From contig OY969695.1 in NCBI GenBank assembly GCA_963701965.1, positions 320,001 through 384,000 on the forward strand: a stretch of DNA of 64,000 nucleotides. Reading direction: 5' to 3'. The notes beneath the pieces were generated by a model. That model was not told where the DNA came from and made no database searches. It was given only the letters and a program-made list of their open reading frames with translations. The position numbers and the translations under genes are program-made. This DNA comes from an uncultured Gemmatimonadales bacterium (GTDB lineage: Bacteria > Gemmatimonadota > Gemmatimonadetes > Gemmatimonadales > Gemmatimonadaceae). Of the stretch, positions 12,971 to 27,036 are shown piece by piece. Within the stretch, counting starts at the first letter, position 1, and each line of letters starts with the position of its first letter.

Positions 12971-14226
12971 TCGTGGTGTATGGCCTCGATCGGGTACAAC
13001 CGGGCCGCTTGAATCGACGGGTACAACGTCGCGACCGCCGCGATCGCCAGACTGGCCAGGACTGTCAGAATGACGTCGAGCGGCTGCGTGTGCACGGGCA
13101 TGTGATCAATGAAATACACCTGCTCATTCAGCTTGATCAATTTGTACTTGTCGAGCAGCACGGAGCCGACGAGGCCCAGCACCAGGCCGCCGGTAGTTCC
13201 GGTGACGCCGATGACGACCCCTTGCGCGAAAAATATGCGCTTGATGGAGCGGGCCGGCATGCCCATCGCCTTGAGAATCCCGATCTCGCGGGTCTTGTCC
13301 GTCACCACCATCGTGAGCGTGCTCACGATGTTGAATGCCGCGACCAGCACGACGAGCAGGAGAATGAAGCTCATCACCAACTTTTCCAGCGTCAGCGCCG
13401 AGAAGAGCGAGTGGTTTTGTTCCTGCCAGTCGACCGCGCGATAGGGGAATCCCAGCGTCGTCTCCAGCTCCTTGGCCAGCGCGTGCGCCTCCCATCGATT
13501 CGTGGAGCGCACTTCGATGCCGGTGACCGCGTCGTCGAGCGCCGCGAACTCCTGGGCGACCGCGATGGGCATGAAGACATAGGAGTTGTCGTACTCGTAC
13601 ATCCCAGTCTCGAACAGGCCGGTGACCTCGAATCGATACAGCTTTGGCACGAACCCGCCCGTGATGGCGTCGAGCTTGTTGCCCGGCGGCGGAGCCACGA
13701 GGCGGATCGTATCCCCGGGGACGACGTTGAGACGATCGGCCAGAAGCTTGCCGACGACGACGCCGCGCACCTTGCCGTCGCTCGACGCGAAGCGGAAATC
13801 CCCCATGCCCTTGATCGCGTGCTCGCGGATCGACGTCGGTTCCGAGACGTGGGGCGCCTGTGGATCGATGCCCTCGATTTGCGCCGCCTCCACGTAGTGG
13901 TGCCCGCTGGAAATGAGCCCCTGGCTCAACACGAACGGGCCGGCGGCGACGACCCCTTCGTGCGCCCGGATCTTGAGCAGGATCGGGTGCCACTTGGGGA
14001 TCGTGAGGTCGTCGCCGTAGGTCAGGATCCGGATATCCGGGCTCCCCACGAGAATCTTTTCCTTGAGGTCGTCCTGGAGCCCGTTCATCACGCCGACCAC
14101 GAGGATGAGCGCGCTCACGCCGACCACGACGCCGCCGATGGCGATCACCGTGATCAGGGACAGCAGGCGCGATCCCTTGCGGCTCCGGAGGTAGCGCCAG
14201 GCGATCGACAATTCGAGGCGGCTCAT
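12967..14226 (-). CDS. lolE: Lipoprotein-releasing ABC transporter permease LolC/E
   Basis: AWRYLRS, VMNG, VAAFNIVSTL, REIGILKAMG. Confidence 0.88.
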   Translation of the reverse strand: MSRLELSIAWRYLRSRKGSRLLSLITVIAIGGVVVGVSALILVVGVMNGLQDDLKEKILVGSPDIRILTYGDDLTIPKWHPILLKIRAHEGVVAAGPFVLSQGLISSGHHYVEAAQIEGIDPQAPHVSEPTSIREHAIKGMGDFRFASSDGKVRGVVVGKLLADRLNVVPGDTIRLVAPPPGNKLDAITGGFVPKLYRFEVTGLFETGMYEYDNSYVFMPIAVAQEFAALDDAVTGIEVRSTNRWEAHALAKELETTLGFPYRAVDWQEQNHSLFSALTLEKLVMSFILLLVVLVAAFNIVSTLTMVVTDKTREIGILKAMGMPARSIKRIFFAQGVVIGVTGTTGGLVLGLVGSVLLDKYKLIKLNEQVYFIDHMPVHTQPLDVILTVLASLAIAAVATLYPSIQAARLYPIEAIHHE

Positions 14227-15761
14227 GTCTGGGAACCGCGGAGTGGTCGCATAACCGGAAACAGGATCACGTCGCGAATGTGCACGATGCCGGTGAGATA
14301 CATGAGCAGGCGGTCCATGCCGATGCCGACGCCGCCCGTCGGCGGCATGCCGTACTCCAGCGCGCGCAGATAATCCTCATCCACCTCGACGGCTTCCTCG
14401 TCGCCCGCGGCGCGGAGCGCCGCCTGGGCCTCGAGGCGCCGGCGCTGATCGAGCGGGTCGTTCAGTTCGCTGAACGCGTTCGCCACCTCGCGCCCGCGCG
14501 CGAACAGCTCGAAGCGCTCGGTGAGGAGCGTGCCCTCGACGCCGGCCCCGCGTTTCGGCTTGGCCAACGGGGAGAGCTCGATCGGATAGTCGACGACGAA
14601 CGTCGGCTCATCGATCTGCGATTCCACCAGCGCCTGGAACAACTCATCCATGAGTTTTGGCCGACTGAGCTTGCCTACGTCTGCAACCCCCAAGTTCGCG
14701 GCGCGGTTCCGCAGTTCCTCGACAGATAGGAACGCGGGATTGGCGCCGCCGAGGGCCTGCGTCAGGCTCGGGAGCCACTCGATGCGGCGGAACGGCGGGC
14801 GAAGATGCGGCACGACGGACGCGAAGGCCGGAACGGCGCTCACGGCGCTGGCCGCGGCCACCAGGATTCCCTCGACGCGATCCATCATCGCGTGATAGTC
14901 CGCGTACGCCTCGTAGAACTCGAGCATCGTGAACTCGGGGCTGTGCGTTCGGTCGATGCCCTCATTTCGGAAATCGTGCCCGATCTCGTAGACGCGATCG
15001 AATCCTCCGACGATGAGTCGTTTGAGATAGAGCTCGTCGGCGATGCGGAGGTACAGTTCCGTGTCCAGAGCGTGGTAGTGCGTCGTGAACGGCCGCGCGT
15101 ACGCCCCGCCGTACTGCGGTTGCAGGATCGGCGTCTCGACCTCGATGTAGTCCGCGCCGTCGAGATAGCCGCGAATCGCCGAGATCATCCGGGCGCGGGC
15201 CTTGAACGTCTCGCGGACTTCGGGATGGACGGCCAGATCGGCATAGCGCTGCCGGTATCGCTGTTCCGTATCGGCGAATCCCGAGTGCCGGACCGTCACG
15301 CCATCGACTGTCTCTTCTTTCCCATACGGCAGGGGGCGCATTGACTTGGCCAGCATCGCCACCGACTGGACCCGCACGGTGACTTCGCCCGTCTTCGTCT
15401 TGAACAACGGCCCCGTGACGCCCACGATATCGCTCAGATCGTACAGCCTGAGGCGCTGAAACGCGTCGTCGCCCAGCGTGTCGCGCCGAAAATACAGCTG
15501 GATGCGTCCCGACCCATCGGCGAGGTGCGCGAACGCGGTCTTTCCCTGAGCGCGCCAGGCGACGAGTCGCCCAGCGAGGCGGACCGTCGGCCCCTCGTCA
15601 TCGTGTCCCAGCGTGTCCCCCCGCGCGCGCGCGCCCGCCGCCGTGTCGGTGCGGTCGAACGTGTACGCGTACGGGCCGTCGCCGGCGGCCGCGAGCGCAT
15701 CGAGCTTCTCGCGTCGCGCCCGCCGGATGAAGTCCAGCTCCGTGACGGTCTCGTCGGCCAT
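14223..15761 (-). CDS. lysS: Lysine--tRNA ligase, class II
   Basis: RYRQRYADL, LYLRIADELYLKRL, FRNEGID, EYGMPPTGGVGIG; start MADETV at 15761. Confidence 0.97.
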   Translation of the reverse strand: MADETVTELDFIRRARREKLDALAAAGDGPYAYTFDRTDTAAGARARGDTLGHDDEGPTVRLAGRLVAWRAQGKTAFAHLADGSGRIQLYFRRDTLGDDAFQRLRLYDLSDIVGVTGPLFKTKTGEVTVRVQSVAMLAKSMRPLPYGKEETVDGVTVRHSGFADTEQRYRQRYADLAVHPEVRETFKARARMISAIRGYLDGADYIEVETPILQPQYGGAYARPFTTHYHALDTELYLRIADELYLKRLIVGGFDRVYEIGHDFRNEGIDRTHSPEFTMLEFYEAYADYHAMMDRVEGILVAAASAVSAVPAFASVVPHLRPPFRRIEWLPSLTQALGGANPAFLSVEELRNRAANLGVADVGKLSRPKLMDELFQALVESQIDEPTFVVDYPIELSPLAKPKRGAGVEGTLLTERFELFARGREVANAFSELNDPLDQRRRLEAQAALRAAGDEEAVEVDEDYLRALEYGMPPTGGVGIGMDRLLMYLTGIVHIRDVILFPVMRPLRGSQT

Positions 15762-16883
15762 TATGCCGCCGCCCGGCCGTCGCCGCTCGCCTGCTTCTTG
15801 AGATACGCCTCGATGAACGGATCGATGTCTCCGTCCATGACGCGCTGCACGTCGGGAATCTTGAGCTCTGTCCGGTGGTCGTTGACCATGGTGTAAGGTT
15901 GAAACACGTAGCTCCGGATCTGGCTGCCGAACGTGACGTCCTGCTTGCTCTCGTCCAGCTTCGCTTTTTGCGCCGCCTGACGCTCGGCTTCCAGTTGGTA
16001 GAGGCGATTCTTGAGCATCTTCATGGCGGTCGCCTTGTTCTTGAACTGCGACCGCTCCTGCTGCGAGGCCACGACGATCCCGCTCGGCTCGTGCGTGATG
16101 CGCACGGCGGAGCTGGTCTTGTTGACGTGCTGTCCACCGGCGCCGGAGGCGCGGTAGACATCGATGCGGAGATCCTCGGGACGAATCTCGATGTTGATCT
16201 CGTCGTCGACGACGGGATACACGAAGACCGACGCGAAGCTGGTGTGCCGGCGCGATTGGGCGTCGAATGGGGAGATGCGCACCAAGCGATGGACACCCGC
16301 CTCCGGCTTGAGAAAGCCGTAGGCGTATTGCCCGTGGATTTCCATGATGGCGCCCTTGATGCCCGCCTCTTCGCCCTCGCTCATGTCGAGGATGTCGACG
16401 GTGTAACCGCGACGCTCCGCCCAACGCGTGTACATCCGCATGAGCATCTGCGCCCAATCCTGGGCTTCCGTGCCGCCGGCGCCGGCGCTGATCTCGACCT
16501 GCGCGTCGCGGTGATCATCGGGGCCGCTCAACAGCGACCGCAACTCGAACGCGGCCACATCCTGGCCCAGCGACGCGACTTCTTGCGCCAACTCGGCGCT
16601 CATCCCCGCATCGGGTTCGGACTCGGCGTCGAGCAACTCCGCGAGCTCGCGCGCGCTCTGCCGGCGTCCATCGAGTCGCTCAAAGGGCTCGACGACGCTC
16701 CTCAGCGTCTTGACCTGCTGCACGACCTCCTGCGCGCGCTCCTGGTTGGACCAGAAACCCGCTTCCGCCATGCGCACATCGCGCTCGTCGAGCGCTTGGC
16801 GCTTGCCATCAATGTCAAAGGTACCTCCGGAGCTCGTCGAGCCGAGCTCCGAGGGTGTCGAGATCTCCGTTGCCGTCCGCCAT
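15761..16883 (-). CDS. prfB: Peptide chain release factor 2, with programmed +1 frameshift
   Basis: SPF and GGQ motifs; first frame ATG 16883 runs to CGG AGG TAC CTT TGA C. Confidence 0.97.
16814..16829 (-). promoter_or_regulatory. prfB autoregulatory frameshift site (internal SD GGAGG plus CTTTGAC)
   Basis: Minus strand reads CGGAGGTACCTTTGAC. Confidence 0.95.
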
Positions 16884-16962
16884 GCCTCACCTCGCTACGA
16901 AGCGAGCCGTTGCTTCCGGAGGGGCAGCAACGGCTCGTACTCCAAGCAAGTATAGCGGCTTT

Positions 16963-18201
16963 CTAGAACAATTTCTTGCCGTTGGCGAGAAGCTCGTTGA
17001 GGGCGTCCTGGAAGTGCGCCGTGCTCTCGGCGAATTCTTTGCCGATCTGCTCCACGTACTCCTCGTAGCTCTTCTTGATCTCCTCGCGGAAGATCTGCTT
17101 GAGGGTCCCGTTGGCGAGCCCCTCTTCGCGCTTCCCCGGATGATACGCGAGAATGTCCGAGACCAGCGCGCGGGCCAACCGCTTGGCCTTTTGATTGGGG
17201 TCGTTGGCCAGGAACGGATTGATCGGCCGCCGCTCGCCGGGCGCGGCGCCCGGAACGGCGGGGAGTGCCGGTGACGTCACCGCCATCGACCCGGGGCTGG
17301 GCGGCGTGGGCGGTGCCGGCGGGATGATGCGCGGCTGCGGCGCCGCGGCTGGCCGTTGTCCGGTCACGGCGCCCGCCGCGGGGATCTGACTCGTGGGGCT
17401 TCCGCCCAACTTGGGGCCGGTGCCGGGCTCGCGCGGCGGGACCGGGACGGCGGGACGCGGCGCGGTCCCGGCTATAAGCGCCGGTGGAGCCGCCGGGCGG
17501 GGCGGCATCGGTGCGGCGGGTCGCGGAGCGGTCACGCCGGCGGCGGCCGCACCCGGGATGACTTGCCGCGGCGGCGGTGGCGGAACGACCGGCGCGCCGC
17601 CGGGCGCGGCTGGGCGCGGGGTCGATGTGGGGCGGGATGAGGATCCCGTGGTCGGTTCGCGCGGCGGCATTGGTGCCGCGGGGCGTGCGCCCGATGCCGA
17701 TCCGCCGATGGAAGGCGGGGCACCTGGGGCTGCGGGACGCGTCGGTGGAGCGGGCGGCCGCGCTGGGACCGGTGCCGCCGGGCGCGCCGCCAACGGCGCT
17801 GGCGCGTTGGGCGCGGCCGGACGGATCGACGGCGAGCCGCGCGACGGGGTGAGCGCGGGGCGCGCGGGTGCGGCGGGCGCGGGAATCCCAGGCCCCGGCA
17901 CGGCGGCAGCCGGGCGCGCCGGCGTTCCACCACGAAGCGACGGCGGGGGCGGCGGCGGTACGGCCGGCCGCGGCGCGGAAGGGGCGGACGGCGCTGCGGC
18001 CGCGTGCATCGCCATGGGAGCGGCGGCGACTTTGGGCGCGGAGGCCGCGTGCGCGGTGCCGTTGGCGACTCCATTGGCCGAGTCGGCGGCGATGCTGATC
18101 ACGCCGCCGCAGACCGAGCATCGGGCCCGGACACCGGCGGACGGAATCTTCGCCGGGTCGACGCGGAAGACGGAGCGGCACTCCGGACAGGTGACGTTCA
18201 T
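16963..18201 (-). CDS. Zinc-ribbon protein (MJ0042-type finger) with Pro/Ala-rich linker and RomX-like C-terminal domain
   Basis: CPEC...CSVC N-terminus, long low-complexity middle, C-terminal AKRLARALVSDILAYH...REEIKKSYEEY. Confidence 0.8.
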   Translation of the reverse strand: MNVTCPECRSVFRVDPAKIPSAGVRARCSVCGGVISIAADSANGVANGTAHAASAPKVAAAPMAMHAAAAPSAPSAPRPAVPPPPPPSLRGGTPARPAAAVPGPGIPAPAAPARPALTPSRGSPSIRPAAPNAPAPLAARPAAPVPARPPAPPTRPAAPGAPPSIGGSASGARPAAPMPPREPTTGSSSRPTSTPRPAAPGGAPVVPPPPPRQVIPGAAAAGVTAPRPAAPMPPRPAAPPALIAGTAPRPAVPVPPREPGTGPKLGGSPTSQIPAAGAVTGQRPAAAPQPRIIPPAPPTPPSPGSMAVTSPALPAVPGAAPGERRPINPFLANDPNQKAKRLARALVSDILAYHPGKREEGLANGTLKQIFREEIKKSYEEYVEQIGKEFAESTAHFQDALNELLANGKKLF

Positions 18202-19202
18202 TCCTTCTCTCCCACCTCGAGCGCGCGGGCGCGCGGGAGGACGATGGGCGCCTCGGCGACTCCATCCTGGCGTCGGTCGACGGTAAAGAGCGAACCGTCG
18301 AGCGTCTTGGCGTAGCTTTTCATCTCGGTCGCGAGCTCGCTCATCTGCGCGGCGTGAGTGAATCGGCGGCGTTCATTGGTGACGACGCCGATCGAGACGG
18401 TCATGAGGGGGACGCGGTGGAGCTGGCCGCGCCGATCCTTCCCAAAAAAGTAGCCGGCCCGGCGGTCCTGCTCCGAATACTGGTACGGCACCAGCGCATC
18501 GAAGACGGCGATGACCTCGGCGCACGCATCGGTGATGGCGGTCGTCGGGATGTTGAAGATGAAGTCATCGCCACCAATGTGTCCAACGAAACCGGCTTCG
18601 CCGCAGATGCCTTTGACGACGTCGTGCAGGATCTTGGCGAGAATGCGAATGACGCGATCGCCGTCGTTGTAGCTGTAGCGATCGTTGAATTCCTTGAAGT
18701 GATCGAGGTCCGCGTAGCAGACGGCGAACGGTTCCTCGAGGACGAGGCGCCGCGAGATGTCGGCTTCGATCTCGTACGTCCCGGGGAGCCGGGTCGACGG
18801 GTGCACGAACGTGTCGCGATCCGACCGGCGCAGCACCACGCCCAGGCGGGCCAGCGCTTCCTGTCGACCGAGACCATCGCGGATGACCTCATCGGCGCCG
18901 GCGTCGAACGCGGCGTGGACGGCTTGTTCGGAGTCGGCGACGACGATGACGGCGGGAATGATTCCGGTGAAGGAGTCCCGCTTCATGCGGGCGCACGCGT
19001 CATACGCCTGTTCCTGGCCGCTCCGGGCATCGAACACGACGGCGCGGGGGCGCCCGCGCAGGCACATGGCCATGAGGTCGTCGGCGGCGGTCAATGTGGT
19101 GCTCGCCAGCTTAGCCCCGTCGAGCCAGTTCTTGACCACGTCCGGCGGCGCGGAGCCGCCGGGCGAGAACAAAATGGCAATCGTCGGGGAGGGATGGGCC
19201 AC
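18198..19202 (-). CDS. Degenerate receiver domain plus GGDEF domain protein
   Basis: AFDAGADE, YADLDHFKEFNDRY, GHIGGDDF. Confidence 0.88.
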   Translation of the reverse strand: MAHPSPTIAILFSPGGSAPPDVVKNWLDGAKLASTTLTAADDLMAMCLRGRPRAVVFDARSGQEQAYDACARMKRDSFTGIIPAVIVVADSEQAVHAAFDAGADEVIRDGLGRQEALARLGVVLRRSDRDTFVHPSTRLPGTYEIEADISRRLVLEEPFAVCYADLDHFKEFNDRYSYNDGDRVIRILAKILHDVVKGICGEAGFVGHIGGDDFIFNIPTTAITDACAEVIAVFDALVPYQYSEQDRRAGYFFGKDRRGQLHRVPLMTVSIGVVTNERRRFTHAAQMSELATEMKSYAKTLDGSLFTVDRRQDGVAEAPIVLPRARALEVGEKE

Positions 19203-19341
19203 GGGCTCGAGTGAATGTGGGTGCGTACCAAGGACCGCTCAGCGGCCCATACGCAACTCGGTGCAGCAGAAAGCGCTGCACCCCGAGTTGCCGTCGGTTT
19301 CGCTCCGCTCGGCTGCGCCGAGCGTCAGTTGCAGCAAAAGG

Positions 19342-19509
19342 CTAATACGGCGTCGCCTCGTCAATCAGCATGATCGGGATATCGTCGCGGACCGGGTAGC
19401 GGAGGCGATCGGTGTGGCAGATCAGTACACCGTCGTGCTCCCGGTATTCCAGCTCCCCTTTGCATTTCGGGCAAACCAGGATGGCGAGGAGATTCTGGGG
19501 CAGGCTCAT
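19342..19509 (-). CDS. Trm112/YcaR family small protein (not in ORF track)
   Basis: Own translation: [55 protein letters not shown]. Confidence 0.9.
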   Translation of the reverse strand: MSLPQNLLAILVCPKCKGELEYREHDGVLICHTDRLRYPVRDDIPIMLIDEATPY

Positions 19510-20396
19510 GGTCGTTCGCGCGGATTGAGTGTCGGGACCGTGAAGCCGAACCGGCGGAGCGATTGGGCATTGCGGCGCCAGTTCGGGAGCACCTTGATGC
19601 GGAGGTCCAGGTACACGGGCGCGCCGACCAGCGGTTCGATCTTCTCCCGCGCCGCCTTGCCGAGTTCGCGGATGCGGGAGCCTTTGTGGCCGATCAGGAT
19701 ACCCTTCTGGCTTTCGCGCTCGACGTACACCGTGGCTTGAATGTAGACCGGGTGGCTGTCTTCGCGGAACTCCTCGACCTCGGCGACAACGCTGTACGGC
19801 ACCTCGTCCTGCAGCTGCTCCAGCGCGGCCTCACGGATGAGCTCACTGACGAAGAACCGCATGGACTGGGTGCTGACCTCGTCACCCGGATAGAGGAACG
19901 GGCTCTCCGGCAAACCAGCCTCGAGCGCGGCGACGAGTCGATCCACGCCACGACCATCCGCGGCCGAGATGAACCATGCCCCAGGATGCCGCGCGCGCAG
20001 GCCTTCGAGCGCCCCAGCCCCCAAGAGATCGATCTTGTTGAATGTGAGGAGTTGTTTCGCCCGCGGCTCGCGTTGCAGACCCGCCGCTGTCTCGAGCAGC
20101 ACCGGCTCCCCAGCACTCGCGTCGACCAGATAAACGATGAGATCCGCGTCATTCAGCGCTTTGAGCGACTCGGCGCGCATGGCGCGCTGCAGCTCGTACG
20201 CCGGCTCGAGGAGCCCAGGCGTATCCACAAACACGATTTGGTTTTCACCTTCGGTATGAATCCCCACCACCGCCGACCGCGTCGATTGCGGTTTCGGACT
20301 AGTGATACTGAGCTTCTGCCCGATGACGCGGTTAAGCAGCGTCGATTTTCCCACGTTCGGCGTGCCGACAACCGCGACGATGCCCGCGCGAGTCAC
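19506..20396 (-). CDS. era: GTPase Era
   Basis: [29 protein letters not shown] domain [14 protein letters not shown]. Confidence 0.96.
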   Translation of the reverse strand: MTRAGIVAVVGTPNVGKSTLLNRVIGQKLSITSPKPQSTRSAVVGIHTEGENQIVFVDTPGLLEPAYELQRAMRAESLKALNDADLIVYLVDASAGEPVLLETAAGLQREPRAKQLLTFNKIDLLGAGALEGLRARHPGAWFISAADGRGVDRLVAALEAGLPESPFLYPGDEVSTQSMRFFVSELIREAALEQLQDEVPYSVVAEVEEFREDSHPVYIQATVYVERESQKGILIGHKGSRIRELGKAAREKIEPLVGAPVYLDLRIKVLPNWRRNAQSLRRFGFTVPTLNPRERP

Positions 20397-20465
20397 ACCA
20401 ACATCCTTCAGTTAGGGGGGTGTCGGGGGGAGCTTCATCCCCCCTGACTGCAATGGACGAGGCGG

Positions 20466-20524
20466 TTTTTGACGCAAATGCCCCTGGGCGCATGGCGCCC
20501 AGGGGCAAGGTCTTGCGTCAAAAA
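20466..20524 (-). terminator. GC-rich hairpin downstream of 5S, probable rRNA operon terminator or processing stem
   Basis: TTTTGACGCAA..CCCCTGGGCG/CGCCCAGGGG..TTGCGTCAAAA inverted repeat. Confidence 0.55.
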
Positions 20525-20526
20525 CC

Positions 20527-20643
20527 GCCGGCGACGGCCTACTCTCCCGCGGTCTCTCGACCGGAGTACCATCGGCGCTGTAGGGCTTAACGATCGTGTT
20601 CGGAATGGGAACGAGTGTGGCCCCTACGCTCTAGTCGCCAGCG
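20527..20643 (-). rRNA. rrf: 5S rRNA (ends approximate)
   Basis: Minus strand CCCATTCCGAACACG, CGCCGATGGTACT, GGGAGAGTAGG. Confidence 0.95.
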
Positions 20644-20812
20644 AATATGTGGTGACAGCAGTTTGCGGTAGTGATCGTGTGAAGATTTCTGAATAACAAC
20701 GCACATGTAAATCGTGCAGTGCTCTGCGATTTGACTCATGAGATTGGCAAAGCCAATCTCTGTCCAACCGACCAGTCGAGCGCGCAAGCGCATCGACGAT
20801 CGGCGGAGCCGA

Positions 20813-23772
<2,960 letters not shown>

Positions 23773-23887
23773 ATGTTCTGTCAAGCAGAGCACGCGCGAT
23801 CTACGATGTGTGAAAACGTCATTCTTTCACTCGAGGCAATTGCCGCCTCTCGCGTTGGATTCGTTTCCCACGATCACTACCACTAAC

Positions 23888-23901
23888 TGTTGTCAAACAG
23901 C
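23888..23901 (-). promoter_or_regulatory. boxA-like antitermination site in the 16S-23S spacer
   Basis: Minus strand GCTGTTTGACAAC resembles boxA GCTCTTTAACA. Confidence 0.55.
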
Positions 23902-24087
23902 GTATTTGCGAAACTGATCGGAGCCAACTCTCCTCCCCGCCTTCGGCAGGGGGAGAGATTGGCGACCAAACAGCAACGCTAGTCGCGTTAGAAAATCAAA
24001 ATCGAGATTGGGATGTGCCAGGCGTCGACTTCCGAGGACTTTCCGAGCCACGTCTCTTTCGAAACGGACCCTTACTCGTCGCTCCGG

Positions 24088-25617
<1,530 letters not shown>

Positions 25618-25827
25618 AGAGAATTCAACTAGCTCTCGAAGAACACTGCCACGCTGCCTCGCGTGGCAGCGTTTTCCGAATCACATAGAAAATGTTCGGT
25701 TCAACTCTCCCCAGCACCCCGAATGGCGCTGGATCAAAGAGTCGCCTCGCACATCCCTAATCTCGATTTCGATTGTCAATCAACACGATAATGTTATCAA
25801 CTTGGTGCCGCTCCGCGGCAGCCTCAT

Positions 25828-25882
25828 ATCATAACCGGGGGTCACATATTGCGTCAACCCCGCTGCATTTAAATCTTTTTCT
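25828..25882 (-). promoter_or_regulatory. Sigma70-type rRNA promoter with AT-rich UP element
   Basis: TTGACG, 18 nt, TATGAT on the minus strand, preceded by AAAAAGATTTAAAT. Confidence 0.7.
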
Positions 25883-25891
25883 CTACTCTAC

Positions 25892-25912
25892 GCGCCCGGC
25901 AGGAATCGAACC
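25892..25912 (-). repeat. Duplicated 3' end of tRNA-Lys
   Basis: GCGCCCGGCAGGAATCGAACC is identical to 26015-26035. Confidence 0.9.
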
Positions 25913-25952
25913 GACTTTTGCCGCTGCGCGGGAAAAGTCTCGTCGTTTCCCT

Positions 25953-25990
25953 CCGGGGGGCAAACCACAACCACGCCCCCCGGACCCCCC
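25953..25990 (-). repeat. REP-like GGGGGTCCGGGGGG-Nn-CCCCCCGG element, copy 1
   Basis: Inverted counterpart at 26106-26140. Confidence 0.7.
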
Positions 25991-26013
25991 GGAATTCTCT
26001 CATAACCTACCAA

Positions 26014-26086
26014 TGCGCCCGGCAGGAATCGAACCTGCAACCTGTCGATTAAGAGTCGAATGCTCTGCCAATTGAGCTACGGGCGC
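26014..26086 (-). tRNA. tRNA-Lys(CTT)
   Basis: Cloverleaf GCGCCCGTAGCTCAATTGG...CT CTT AA...GTTCGATTCC. Confidence 0.97.
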
Positions 26087-26105
26087 TCGCTCGACTCTGC
26101 CCTTC

Positions 26106-26140
26106 GGGGGGTCCGGGGGGGCCCTTGTAGTTCCCCCCGG
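26106..26140 (+). repeat. REP-like GGGGGTCCGGGGGG-Nn-CCCCCCGG element, copy 2
   Basis: GGGGGGTCCGGGGGGGCCCTTGTAGTTCCCCCCGG. Confidence 0.7.
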
Positions 26141-26180
26141 AGTCCAACCGATAGCGCATTGGTCCCACGAAGTGGACCCA

Positions 26181-26254
26181 TGCGCCAGGGCGGATTCGAA
26201 CCGCCGACCCACAGCTTAGAAGGCTGTTGCTCTATCCACCTGAGCTACTGGCGC
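26181..26254 (-). tRNA. tRNA-Arg(TCT)
   Basis: GCGCCAGTAGCTCAGGTGGATAGAGC...CT TCT AA...GTTCGAATCC. Confidence 0.97.
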
Positions 26255-26271
26255 GCGTACCTTCCACTGTA

Positions 26272-26345
26272 TCGGGGCGACCGGATTTGAACCGGTGACC
26301 TCCTGCTCCCAAAGCAGGCGCGATACCAGGCTACGCTACGCCCCG
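26272..26345 (-). tRNA. tRNA-Pro(TGG)
   Basis: CGGGGCGTAGCGTAGCCTGG...TT TGG GA...GTTCAAATCC. Confidence 0.97.
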
Positions 26346-26419
26346 TCTCCTCATGCTATGAATCGAGCCGCCTAAAGTAGCCGAGCCGCGGAACGCAGTC
26401 AACTCGCTACCGCAACGCG

Positions 26420-27034
26420 TTATACCTCAGCGCCCTCACGTACCGCCGCCAACAGCGCCGCAAACGCGCGCGCCCGGTGACTCACACGGGCCTTCTCGGC
26501 GTCCGTCGCCTCGCCGAACGTCCGGCCAAGCTCAACCGATTCGAAATAAGAATCGTATCCGAACCCGCCTTTTCCACGCGGTGCATCGACGATCACCCCG
26601 TCGACCGACCCCACGCGCACGAGCTCCGTGCCGAGCCCAATATACGCCGCCGCACACACGAACTGAGCCGCACGATCCGCCACGCCGCCGAGCGACGCCA
26701 CGAGCTTCGCATTGTTCGCCGCATCAGTCCCGGCCTCACTCCACCGACGACTGCGCACGCCAGGCGCCCCACCCAACGCCCGCACCACCAGCCCGGAATC
26801 GTCCGCGACCGTAGCGACCCCACCGCTCACTTCGTAGAAATACCGCGCCTTGGCCAGCGCATTCTCCTCGAACGTCGCAAACTGCTCGACGTCCGCCTCG
26901 CCGTCGTCCGCCTCGAGCTCGAACTCCTCGAGATCAGTCACGGGAATACCCGCCGCGCCGAACAACGCGCGCAACTCGCGCAACTTCCCCGCGCTCCGCG
27001 TCGCCAGCAATATCGGCCGCACCGTGTTCACCAT
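26420..27034 (-). CDS. rdgB: Non-canonical purine NTP pyrophosphatase (RdgB/HAM1)
   Basis: TFEENALAKA, ADDSGL, GFGYD, SHR. Confidence 0.95.
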   Translation of the reverse strand: MVNTVRPILLATRSAGKLRELRALFGAAGIPVTDLEEFELEADDGEADVEQFATFEENALAKARYFYEVSGGVATVADDSGLVVRALGGAPGVRSRRWSEAGTDAANNAKLVASLGGVADRAAQFVCAAAYIGLGTELVRVGSVDGVIVDAPRGKGGFGYDSYFESVELGRTFGEATDAEKARVSHRARAFAALLAAVREGAEV

Positions 27035-27036
27035 CG

